Of a stretch of 64,000 nt of DNA, positions 37,301 to 45,533 are shown piece after piece. The translations under genes were made by a program, and so were the position numbers. The stretch covers positions 14,380 through 78,379 of the forward strand of contig CANEVP010000002.1 of NCBI GenBank assembly GCA_947442475.1, in the 5' to 3' direction. Below the pieces are notes generated by a model. That model was not told the DNA's origin and ran no database searches. It was given only the letters and a program-made list of their open reading frames with translations. The stretch's first letter is position 1. Each line of letters opens with the position of its first letter. Source of the DNA: Rickettsiales bacterium (GTDB lineage: Bacteria; Pseudomonadota; Alphaproteobacteria; Rickettsiales; UBA1997).

Positions 37301-39161
37301 TTTTGGAAACGGCATGTTGCTTTCAAAGCATATCAGGTTGGTTGCGGCATTTAACCACATGCATATTTTCCTTGATCCAACGCCAGATTCAGCAACATCT
37401 TTTGTTGAGCGTGAACTCATGTTTAACTTACCGCGTTCAAGCTGGATGGATTACAACCAATCACTAATTTCAAAGGGCGGCGGCATTTTCGAAAGAAGCG
37501 CCAAATCAATCCAACTTTCACCTGAAGTTAAGCAAGTGTTAGCAATTGAAGAAGATGAATTAACCCCAACTGAATTGATGGGAGCTATCCTAAGAGCGCC
37601 AGTTGATTTATTGTGGAATGGTGGAATCGGTACATACGTAAAAGCAACCGACGAATCAAACCAAGAAGTTGGCGATCGCGCTAATGATGATCTTCGCATC
37701 AATGGCAATGAGCTTCGTTGCAAAGTGATCGGCGAGGGCGGCAATCTTGGCTTCACTCAAAAAGGTCGTATTGAATATGCTTTAAATGGCGGTCACATTA
37801 ATACGGATGCGATGGATAACTCGGCCGGTGTTGACTGTTCGGATCACGAAGTAAATATCAAAATCGCACTTACCGCTGCGATGCGCGACAAAAAAATTAC
37901 TCTCGAAGAAAGAAATAAAGTTCTCGAATCAATGACCGAGAATGTTTCGCAATTAGTTCTAAACGACAACCGCTTGCAAACTCAGGCGATTTCAATTGCC
38001 AAATCACAAGGTATTTCAGCCCTTGGAGAGCAGGCGCAATTTTTAGATAAGTTAGAAAAAACCGGCTTCTTAAATCGTAAAATCGAATTTTTACCTTCGA
38101 AAAAAGAAATCGATAAAAGACAAGTTGATAAAATTGGTCTTACTCGCCCAGAGCTTTGCGTAATGTTGGCTTATTCTAAAATGGATATTTACAACAACAT
38201 TCTCGCCTCAAATTTGGTGAAGGATAAATATTTCGAGAGCGAATTATTTTCTTACTTCCCGAAATTGATGCAGGAAAAATTTGCTTACGAAGTCACTAAT
38301 CACCAGCTTCGCAACGAAATCATCGCCACTCAAATTACCAATTTCATCGTTAATAGAATTGGCATTACTTTCGTCAATCAAATCTGCCAAGATACTGGAT
38401 TTAGCGTGGTTGATGTGGTTAAAAGCTTCATCATTGCTTGCGATTCATTCAGGCTTCGTGAGGTTTGGGAAGAGGTTGAAAATCTTGACGGAAAAATCTC
38501 AACTCACGTGCAAACTCAAATGTTTTTGAGTGCAAATAAATTACTCGAAAGATCGGTGACTTGGTTGTTGCGCAATCAATCAAAAGGCAATGTTTTAACA
38601 ACAGTTACACGCTTTAGAAAAATTGCTGACGAACTTTCATCGGTATTATCTCAAGTGTTGGCGCAAGCCTCTCGCGATTCGTTCGAAAGAAAAATTGAGC
38701 GTTACTATCTCAATAATGTTGATCGCAAATTAGCTGAAAAAATTGCGGCGATGGATCCGGTTGCGTCAGCTTTTGACATTGCTGAAATTTCAGCAGCGTC
38801 GAATTTTGATCTGAAAACCATCGCTAAAATTTACTTTGCTGTTGGCACCAGATTCTCTTTGAAATGGCTGCGCAGTAAGGTTTCTAATTTGAGTTTCACT
38901 GATCGTTGGCAAAAACTTTCAAGCAAAACAATTCTCGAAGACCTTTATTCTTACCAAATGAAAATCGCCAAAGAAGTTGTTGATTTCAGTTGTGAAGATA
39001 AGACTCTTTGCGAAGTGGATTCTTTGAATAATTGGATCAAAACTGTCGAATTCTTAGTTGAGCGGTTTGACAATTTTGCAACTGATCTAAAAACCCATCC
39101 AAACCATGATCTATCAGCTTTCATCGTGGCTTTGAACAGGCTAAAACCTCTAGTTAGTTAA
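34329..39161 (+). CDS. gdhB: NAD-specific glutamate dehydrogenase, large (about 180 kDa) class
   Basis: 1610 aa. Catalytic region [48 protein letters not shown] and [13 protein letters not shown] are characteristic of the Bac_GDH family. Confidence 0.9.
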   Translation: [1610 protein letters not shown]

Positions 39162-39173
39162 GAACAAAAATAT

Positions 39174-39260
39174 GCGGTCGTGGCGGAATTGGTATACGCG
39201 CAACGTTGAGGTCGTTGTGGGGTAAAACCCGTGGAAGTTCAAATCTTCTCGACCGTACCA
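39174..39260 (+). tRNA. tRNA-Leu (anticodon GAG)
   Basis: 87 nt. Acceptor GCGGTCG/CGACCGT (G1-U72), anticodon stem CAACG/CGTTG with loop TTGAGGT, long variable arm TGGGGTAAAACCCGT (class II), T-arm GGAAG-TTCAAAT-CTTCT, encoded CCA. Confidence 0.9.
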
Positions 39261-39397
39261 CTCGCTTTCGCTTACGCTACAGACACAGCTAGACCGCAGG
39301 GATAGCAAGACTGAAGCGTAAGCGAAAGCGAGTGACCGCGCTGTAGCTCGTAAGAGCGTAAGCGGGCTCTTTAGCAGAACTCCAATCATTACTTGTC

Positions 39398-40510
39398 ATG
39401 AAACTCCTAGTTCTAAAAGAAAATCATCTAAGCGAAAACCGAGTTGCTCTTACACCCGAGCTAGTTTCAAAATATCAAAAACTCGGAATTGAAGTTTTCG
39501 TTGAAGCAAAAGCTGGAGAAAAATCTTCTATTTTCGATGTCGATTTCGAAAAATCAGGCGCTAAAATCATCTCAGATATTTCGCAAATTTTACCAGAAGT
39601 TGACGCCATTATTTCAGTGCAAAGAGCTGATATTGATTTCTCTAAAGCCAAAGCGGGAGTGGTATTCATCGCACTTCTTAATCCATATTTTCAAAAAGAA
39701 AAAATCGCGCAGCTTGCGCAAAAAGGCGTTTCTGCTTTTGCGTTAGAGCTTTTGCCACGTATTACTCGCGCGCAAACTATGGACACACTTTCATCACAAA
39801 GCAATTTAGCTGGTTACGTTTCAGTAATTGAAGCCGCTTATGAAATGCCTAAAGCAGTGCCGATGATGATGACGGCGGCGGGCACAATTTCTGCGGCAAA
39901 GTTTTTAATTTTGGGTGCGGGTGTTGCTGGATTGCAAGCAATCGCAACTGCCAAAAGATTGGGCGGAATTGTCTCTGCTTTCGACGTGCGCACTGCTGCC
40001 AAAGAGCAAGTGCAAAGCTTGGGCGCCAAATTTATCGAAGTAAAAACTGATGAAAAAAACGACGGAGTATATGCTAAAGAAATGAGCGACGAATATAAAA
40101 AACTCCAAGAGCAATTGTTGAAAGACACCATCAAAAACCAAGATGTGGTAATTGCCACCGCGTTAATTCCTGGAAAAAAAGCGCCGATTTTAATCTCAGA
40201 AGAAATGGTAAAATCAATGAAAGCAGGTGCAATCATTGTTGATTTAGCTGCGGTAAATGGAGGCAATTGTGCTTTGACCGAAATGGGAAAGATTGTTGAA
40301 ATTGGTGGCGTAAAAATTATTGGTCACGAAAACTTCCCAAGTCGAATCGCTGGTGATGCGAGTAAACTTTTTGCAAAAAATGTTTTTAACTTTATCGAGC
40401 TTTTAGCTAGCAAAGACAAGGGTTCAATCGTAATTGATCTGGAAGATGAAATTGTAAGAACAGCTTTGGTGGCGCACCAAAATGCTGTGACAAATGACAG
40501 CTTGAAGTAG
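39398..40510 (+). CDS. pntAA: NAD(P) transhydrogenase subunit alpha part 1 (dI domain only)
   Basis: AlaDH/PNT fold with RVALTPE, ILGAGVAGLQAIATAKRLG and LIPGKKAP. The 370-aa length gives dI without the membrane part. Confidence 0.85.
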   Translation: MKLLVLKENHLSENRVALTPELVSKYQKLGIEVFVEAKAGEKSSIFDVDFEKSGAKIISDISQILPEVDAIISVQRADIDFSKAKAGVVFIALLNPYFQKEKIAQLAQKGVSAFALELLPRITRAQTMDTLSSQSNLAGYVSVIEAAYEMPKAVPMMMTAAGTISAAKFLILGAGVAGLQAIATAKRLGGIVSAFDVRTAAKEQVQSLGAKFIEVKTDEKNDGVYAKEMSDEYKKLQEQLLKDTIKNQDVVIATALIPGKKAPILISEEMVKSMKAGAIIVDLAAVNGGNCALTEMGKIVEIGGVKIIGHENFPSRIAGDASKLFAKNVFNFIELLASKDKGSIVIDLEDEIVRTALVAHQNAVTNDSLK

Positions 40511-40655
40511 TAATAATCTCTTCATAAAAAGCGCAAAAAAATTTTCGTATTTCCCTGTTTGACATGCGAAAATGGGATTCCCCGTAAAGCGGGACGCGAT
40601 CTGTGTCGCGCTTCCTGATCCCGAATGGATAAGGAACAAAAACTTTTAATTTCTT

Positions 40656-42362
40656 ATGACCAAACCAAGAAAATCTAAATCTATGTCTTTAAAACTTGAT
40701 ATCCCACAACCAGATCTTTTGAAGCCAAGAATCACTATTTTTGGCGCCGGCGGTGCTGGTGGAAATGCCATCAATAACATGATTCGCGCCAACCTTGAAG
40801 GGGTTGAATTTGTTGCGGCAAATACTGACGCGCAAGCTCTGCAAAATTCTCTCGCTGAGCATAAAATTCAATTGGGTGTGAAAACCACTAAAGGTTTGGG
40901 AGCTGGATCTTTTCCTGATCGCGGACGCGCTGCCGCTGAAGAAAATGTCGAAGAAATCGAGAAGCTTTTAGAAGGCAATAACATGATTTTCATCGCTGCG
41001 GGGATGGGCGGTGGAACAGGAACTGGAGCTGCTCCAGTAATTGCAAAATTAGCGCGTGAGCGTGAGATTTTGACAGTTGGTGTAGTAACAAAGCCTTTTC
41101 ACTTTGAAGGAAAATACCGCATGGAAACTGCGGAAGCCGGCATTGAAGAATTAAAAAAATATGTCGACACGTTAATTATTATTCCAAATCAAAATCTTTT
41201 CAGAATTGCTAACGAGCATACAACTTTTGAATCAGCTTTTAAAATGGCTGACGATGTTTTGCACGCCGGCGTTCGCGGCATTACTGATCTTATCACTATG
41301 CCGGGATTAGTGAATTTGGACTTTGCCGACATCAGAACCATTATGACCAAAATGGGTAAAGCGATGATGGGAACTGGGGAGGCAACCGGTGAAAACCGCG
41401 CTATCGCTGCTTGCGAAGCGGCTATTTCTAATCCACTTCTTGACGATATTTCAATTAAAGGTGCAAAAGGCGTGTTAGTTAACATGACCGGCGGCCCAGA
41501 TATGACGCTATTTGAAGCCGATATGGCGGTGAATGCGATTAAAAAAGAAGTTGATTCAAGCGCTAATATTATTTTCGGATCAGCCTTTAACGAAAACATG
41601 AAAGGCAGAATCAGAATTTCAGTTGTGGCCACCGGAATTGACGCAGATGAATTTAGACGCGACACTTTGAAAGCTCCAGAAACCTCTGAACCAAGCAGAT
41701 TCAAGGTGAATTTTTCAGACTCGGGAACTGCAAAAAGCACTTCAGAAAAAAGTTTTTTTGACCCGGGTGTTTCAGCCAAAGTGCAAGATGAAGATGTTGA
41801 AGAGATCAGCGACGTAAATTTCAAACCGAAAAAATCTTACGCTAAAGAAGAAAACCAAAATTACGGAAAAGCTGAGCAGCATCACGAAAAAAAGCACGGC
41901 ATCACTGACGAAAATGGTTTTGCACAAGTGAGTTTTTTTGGTAAAGAATTAGAAGAAAAGCTGCATGAAGAAGAGTTTGACGAGGAAGAGGTTGTTGAAG
42001 AAAAAATCGAAATAAGAAAATCAGTAACTGTTGAAAGGCCAGCCAAGCAAAACGTTAAAGCCAAGCCAGCCGCTAAAAAAGAAAGCAGCGGTTTTAGTCT
42101 TTTTAGCTTTATGAATTCTTCAAAAGTTAAGGACGAGCCACAAGAAAGCCGCGAAGAAGAGCTTGAAGAAATTATCGTTGAAAAAGCTGCGCCAGAAAAA
42201 GTAAAGGCGCGCGCAGGGTCTGAAAAATCTCACGAAGCAGATAAGAAGCGTCGTGAGTTTTTTAGTGCGACAATTTTTGACGAAGAAGATTCGGGTGTTG
42301 GTAGTGATAAAGTTGATGATGATATTTTGAATGTTCCGGCGTTTTTTAGGCGGAAGAAGTAG
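40656..42362 (+). CDS. ftsZ: cell division protein FtsZ (long-linker type)
   Basis: [32 protein letters not shown] long acidic linker precedes the conserved C-terminal peptide [15 protein letters not shown]. Confidence 0.95.
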   Translation: MTKPRKSKSMSLKLDIPQPDLLKPRITIFGAGGAGGNAINNMIRANLEGVEFVAANTDAQALQNSLAEHKIQLGVKTTKGLGAGSFPDRGRAAAEENVEEIEKLLEGNNMIFIAAGMGGGTGTGAAPVIAKLAREREILTVGVVTKPFHFEGKYRMETAEAGIEELKKYVDTLIIIPNQNLFRIANEHTTFESAFKMADDVLHAGVRGITDLITMPGLVNLDFADIRTIMTKMGKAMMGTGEATGENRAIAACEAAISNPLLDDISIKGAKGVLVNMTGGPDMTLFEADMAVNAIKKEVDSSANIIFGSAFNENMKGRIRISVVATGIDADEFRRDTLKAPETSEPSRFKVNFSDSGTAKSTSEKSFFDPGVSAKVQDEDVEEISDVNFKPKKSYAKEENQNYGKAEQHHEKKHGITDENGFAQVSFFGKELEEKLHEEEFDEEEVVEEKIEIRKSVTVERPAKQNVKAKPAAKKESSGFSLFSFMNSSKVKDEPQESREEELEEIIVEKAAPEKVKARAGSEKSHEADKKRREFFSATIFDEEDSGVGSDKVDDDILNVPAFFRRKK

Positions 42363-42383
42363 TTGATTTGAGTTCGCGAATAA

Positions 42384-42482
42384 AACCACCCCCAACCCCT
42401 CTCTATGAAAAGGAGGGGAGCTACTCAAAATCGAGCTCGAACTAAAAATCCCTCTTTTTTGTAGGAGTGGTTGGGGGTGTTT
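42384..42482. repeat. imperfect palindromic element (second type) between ftsZ and thiE
   Basis: ccacccccaacccctctctatgaaaaggagggg (42386-42418) is mirrored by ccctcttttttgtaggagtggttgggggtg (42450-42479). The shared core cacccccaacc/ggttgggggtg matches 11/11. The left unit can fold on itself (cccctc/gagggg). Confidence 0.6.
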
Positions 42483-42508
42483 ATTTACAGACTCAAATCC
42501 TCAATAAA

Positions 42509-43126
42509 ATGTCCCAAATCTACCTAATTTCCCCCCCGCAAATCGACTTAAAAACCTTCTCCACGCGCCTCGAAAACACCCTAAAAACCTCACTTGTTCC
42601 AACCTTTCAGCTCCGTCTAAAAAACTACGAAACTGCTGAGCTAAAAAAAATCGCAACCGAATTAAAAAAAATCTGCCACGCCAATAACTGCTTATTTCTC
42701 TTAAACGATTCTTACGAAATTGCTGCTGATGTTGCAGCTGACGGCGTTCATCTCGGCGTTGAAGACGGTTCAATTGCTTTAGTTAGAAAAAAAGCTCCAG
42801 AAAACTTTGTCATTGGTGCTAGTTGCTACGATTCAAGACATCTCGCCATGGAGGCTGCGGAGCAGGGTGCGGATTATCTTTCTTTCGGCGCTTTTTTCGA
42901 AAGCAAAACCAAAAAATCTCGCGGCAATCCAACTACAGAAATCATCACTTGGTGTTTTGAAATGGTGAATTTACCAATAGTGACTATTGGTGGAATTAAC
43001 GATCAGAATTGTGCCTCTTTGGTAAAAGCTGGCGCCGATTTTTTGTCGGTTATTTCATATGTTTGGGATCATCCGCAAGGTGAGGTGGTGGCGTTACAGA
43101 AATTGCATCAAGTTTTGCACCTCTAA
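42509..43126 (+). CDS. thiE: thiamine-phosphate synthase
   Basis: YLISPP N-terminus, GVHLG, GASC, ADYLSFG, GGIN. The track start (GTG at 42467) lies inside the palindromic element, so I trimmed to the ATG at 42509. Confidence 0.8.
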   Translation: MSQIYLISPPQIDLKTFSTRLENTLKTSLVPTFQLRLKNYETAELKKIATELKKICHANNCLFLLNDSYEIAADVAADGVHLGVEDGSIALVRKKAPENFVIGASCYDSRHLAMEAAEQGADYLSFGAFFESKTKKSRGNPTTEIITWCFEMVNLPIVTIGGINDQNCASLVKAGADFLSVISYVWDHPQGEVVALQKLHQVLHL

Positions 43127-43227
43127 TTTTTCTCAGGCCTTGATTTTGCTGGTTAAAAGTTAATTTTGAGCACTGTGCTCAAAATTCAAATCCTTCATTT
43201 TTCCACTAAAATTCACGCAATAAAAAA

Positions 43228-43255
43228 CCGGCCTGAAAATTTCTTTTCAGGCCGG
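43228..43255. terminator. bidirectional terminator between thiE and the small minus-strand ORF
   Basis: 12-bp stem ccggcctgaaaa/ttttcaggccgg, 4-nt loop, flanked by an A-run and a T-run. Confidence 0.75.
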
Positions 43256-43279
43256 CTTATTTTTCAACTCTAAGTTAAA

Positions 43280-43495
43280 TTATTTTTTAGCGGGAGCTGA
43301 TGGTTTGCCTTTTGGAGACGCAGAACCTGTAACATTTACGCCAGTGTTACCAGGGTTTTTCATACGTTGTTCTTTGCGCTCTTCGCGTTTTTCCATTTTT
43401 TGACCGCCTTGTTGTCCGCCACCCATTTGCGGTTGAGCGAATGCTGTTGTTACCATTAGAGACATGATGGCGCTAAGTTTTGCTAAATTTTTCAT
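43280..43495 (-). CDS. small secreted Gly/Gln/Lys-rich protein (71 aa)
   Basis: MKNLAKLSAIMSLMVTTAFAQP signal peptide followed by low-complexity QMGGGQQGGQKMEKREERKEQR. ATG at 43495 (the track uses an upstream TTG). Whether it is coding is uncertain. Confidence 0.4.
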   Translation of the reverse strand: MKNLAKLSAIMSLMVTTAFAQPQMGGGQQGGQKMEKREERKEQRMKNPGNTGVNVTGSASPKGKPSAPAKK

Positions 43496-43523
43496 ATTTT
43501 TTGATTTTGTTAATCGAGGAAAA

Positions 43524-43542
43524 TTCAAGTAAAATACTTGAA
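43524..43542 (-). terminator. hairpin after aroC
   Basis: ttcaagt aaaat acttgaa, followed on the minus strand by ttttcc. Confidence 0.45.
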
Positions 43543-43619
43543 CTTGGAAGGTGAAGCTATTTTTGCAAAATACGCAATCAACGAAAAAAATTAAAAGCGC
43601 GTCAGGGTTGGAATTTATT

Positions 43620-44687
43620 TTAAGAACGCGCTTTATTAAGCAGAATAAAATCAGCTAGAACGCAAGCCAACATTGCTTCACCAACTGGAACGGCGCGAAT
43701 TCCAACGCATGGATCGTGACGGCCTTTGGTGATTATTTCGCAATTATTTCCATTAAGATCGACGGTTTTTCTTGGAATTAAAATTGAGCTAGTTGGCTTC
43801 ACCGCAAATCTCACCACAATATCTTGCGAAGAAGAAATGCCGCCCAAAACTCCGCCCGAGTGATTCGAAGAAAATTTCAGCGCGCCATTTTCCATCCACA
43901 TTTCATCAGCCAGCTCAGAACCTTTTTTAGTTGCCGCTTCCATTCCCATGCCGATTTCGAGGCCTTTGACAGCATTAATTGACATCATTGCCGCGGCGAT
44001 TCGGCCATCTAATTTATTGTAAATTGGCTCGCCCAAACCAACTGGAACATTTTTTGCTACAACCTCGATAATCGCGCCAACAGAGTCACCGGCCTTTCTG
44101 ATTTCGAGCAAATAATCTTCAAAATTTTTGGCAGCTGCGGCATCAGGACAGAAAAAATCATTTTGATCAATTTGTGAGAAATCAATTTTAGTGCGGTCGA
44201 TTTTTTTCTCGCCGATTTGAGTTAAGTAGCCAGTAATTTCAATTTTTTCGCGTTCTAAAACTTTACGAGCAACAGCGCCAGCCGCAACGCGCATTGCAGT
44301 TTCGCGAGCTGATGATCTGCCACCGCCGCGATAATCGCGAATGCCGTATTTTTTGAAATAAGTGTAGTCAGCGTGAGAAGGACGAAATTTATCTTTAATG
44401 TCGCCGTAATCGCCGCTTTTTTGATCTTGATTGAAAATGATTAAACTAATCGGAGTGCCGGTAGTCTTGCCTTCAAAGACCCCAGAAAATATTTTTACTT
44501 GGTCGGTTTCTTGGCGTTGTGTTGTAAATTTTGATTGTCCGGGGCGACGACGATCGAGATGTTTTTGAATATCAGATTCGTTTAAATCAAGCAGAGAAGG
44601 GCAGCCGTCAACCACGCAGCCAATTGCTTCTCCATGGCTTTCGCCCCAAGAGGTAAAAGAAAAAACTTCACCAAATTTATTTGTCAT
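43620..44687 (-). CDS. aroC: chorismate synthase
   Basis: [24 protein letters not shown]-type motif (RPSHADYTY), [19 protein letters not shown]. Confidence 0.95.
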   Translation of the reverse strand: MTNKFGEVFSFTSWGESHGEAIGCVVDGCPSLLDLNESDIQKHLDRRRPGQSKFTTQRQETDQVKIFSGVFEGKTTGTPISLIIFNQDQKSGDYGDIKDKFRPSHADYTYFKKYGIRDYRGGGRSSARETAMRVAAGAVARKVLEREKIEITGYLTQIGEKKIDRTKIDFSQIDQNDFFCPDAAAAKNFEDYLLEIRKAGDSVGAIIEVVAKNVPVGLGEPIYNKLDGRIAAAMMSINAVKGLEIGMGMEAATKKGSELADEMWMENGALKFSSNHSGGVLGGISSSQDIVVRFAVKPTSSILIPRKTVDLNGNNCEIITKGRHDPCVGIRAVPVGEAMLACVLADFILLNKARS

Positions 44688-45124
44688 TTGCTTGTCTTAT
44701 TCAAAATTAAAATCGGATTTTTTGTAAAAATTAAATGGTCACCTTCTTCGTCAATTTCTAATTCGCCGGCCGTGATATTGCCAATTTCGCCTGTCGCAAA
44801 AACATCGTATAAAATGGCTTCCTGATTGTTTTTGTGAAAGGCTTTTTTGGCTTGAATGTGATAAATTTGCGCATCGCCATGTTCAAATTTAATGCGCGGA
44901 TTAGTCATGATTTTTTCGCTTTCATAAGATTTTGATTTCTTCTTGAAATCGCTAACCAGCTTAATGGTGCGACCTTGATTGAAAGCGTAAAAAACATAAA
45001 CAAAAACGCCGCCCACAATCAAGCAATAGCACAAAATTGTTAGAAAATTTTTGATGCGCAGATGCGAGTAAAAAAGTTTTAAAATTTCTTCGGTTTTAAT
45101 GTCCATTTTTTCTGTGTTGTTCAA
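44684..45124 (-). CDS. membrane-anchored protein, possibly LptC-like
   Basis: A single N-terminal TM ([22 protein letters not shown]) followed by a beta-rich region ([12 protein letters not shown]...[30 protein letters not shown]) that resembles the OstA/LptC fold. Weak call. The start is uncertain because it overlaps the folB end. Confidence 0.35.
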   Translation of the reverse strand: MNNTEKMDIKTEEILKLFYSHLRIKNFLTILCYCLIVGGVFVYVFYAFNQGRTIKLVSDFKKKSKSYESEKIMTNPRIKFEHGDAQIYHIQAKKAFHKNNQEAILYDVFATGEIGNITAGELEIDEEGDHLIFTKNPILILNKTSK

Positions 45125-45455
45125 TTGTCACTGAAAATGACTCAACAAATTCAACCACGCCAACCTTGTCTATTTCTAGTTTGCAGCTTTTAACCCGGGC
45201 ATCTTCCATGATTTTATTCATCACTTCCTGCGCCATTTTTTCGATTAGTTTGAATTTATTTTCGGCAATTAATTTTTTGATTTTGGTGGTGATTATATCG
45301 TAATCCAAAGTGTCTTCGATATTGTCGCTTTCAAGGCCAAGAGTGAAATCGCTTTCGATTTCGGCATTGATTATGATTTCGCGATCGAAAGTTTTTTCCC
45401 AATTGTGAACGCCAAGGTTGGTGCGAAGTTTGAGATTTTTTATTTTGATTAACAT
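45096..45455 (-). CDS. folB: dihydroneopterin aldolase
   Basis: 119 aa. IKNLKLRTNLGVHNWEKTFDREIIINAEIE and DYDIITTKIKKLIAENKFKLIEKMAQEV fit FolB. Confidence 0.75.
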   Translation of the reverse strand: MLIKIKNLKLRTNLGVHNWEKTFDREIIINAEIESDFTLGLESDNIEDTLDYDIITTKIKKLIAENKFKLIEKMAQEVMNKIMEDARVKSCKLEIDKVGVVEFVESFSVTIEQHRKNGH

Positions 45456-45533
45456 TGAATTTAAAAGTTGCGAAAAAAAGCGTAAAAAAAGATTATTTTG
45501 TGCGCGCCTTTTAAGTTCAAGCTTCTTTACCTA

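Noticed and set aside
39150-39389. 79-aa minus-strand ORF
   Set aside because: It runs straight through tRNA-Leu and the GC-rich hairpin region, and a tRNA cloverleaf explains the sequence better.
40559-40590. Sigma-70 type promoter for ftsZ, based on the TTGACA at 40559-40564
   Set aside because: No acceptable -10 hexamer lies at 16-19 nt spacing (ccgtaa, cgtaaa and gtaaag are poor), so I left it uncalled.
41189-41824. 211-aa minus-strand ORF inside ftsZ
   Set aside because: It is antisense to the highly conserved FtsZ core and has no recognisable family. It is a typical shadow ORF, as are the other antisense ORFs in the track inside murF, tyrS, pyrG, gdhB, fabH, pntAA and the giant ORF.
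42120-42428. 102-aa minus-strand ORF (MSSSPPFHREGLGVV...)
   Set aside because: It starts in the C5/G5 palindromic element and then runs antisense to the ftsZ C-terminal linker, so it is not a gene.
42430-42508. Possible TPP (thi-box) riboswitch upstream of thiE
   Set aside because: I could not find the conserved CUGAGA and ACCUGAUCUGGAUAAUGCCAGCG-type elements. The GC-rich sequence here is better explained as one arm of a palindromic repeat.
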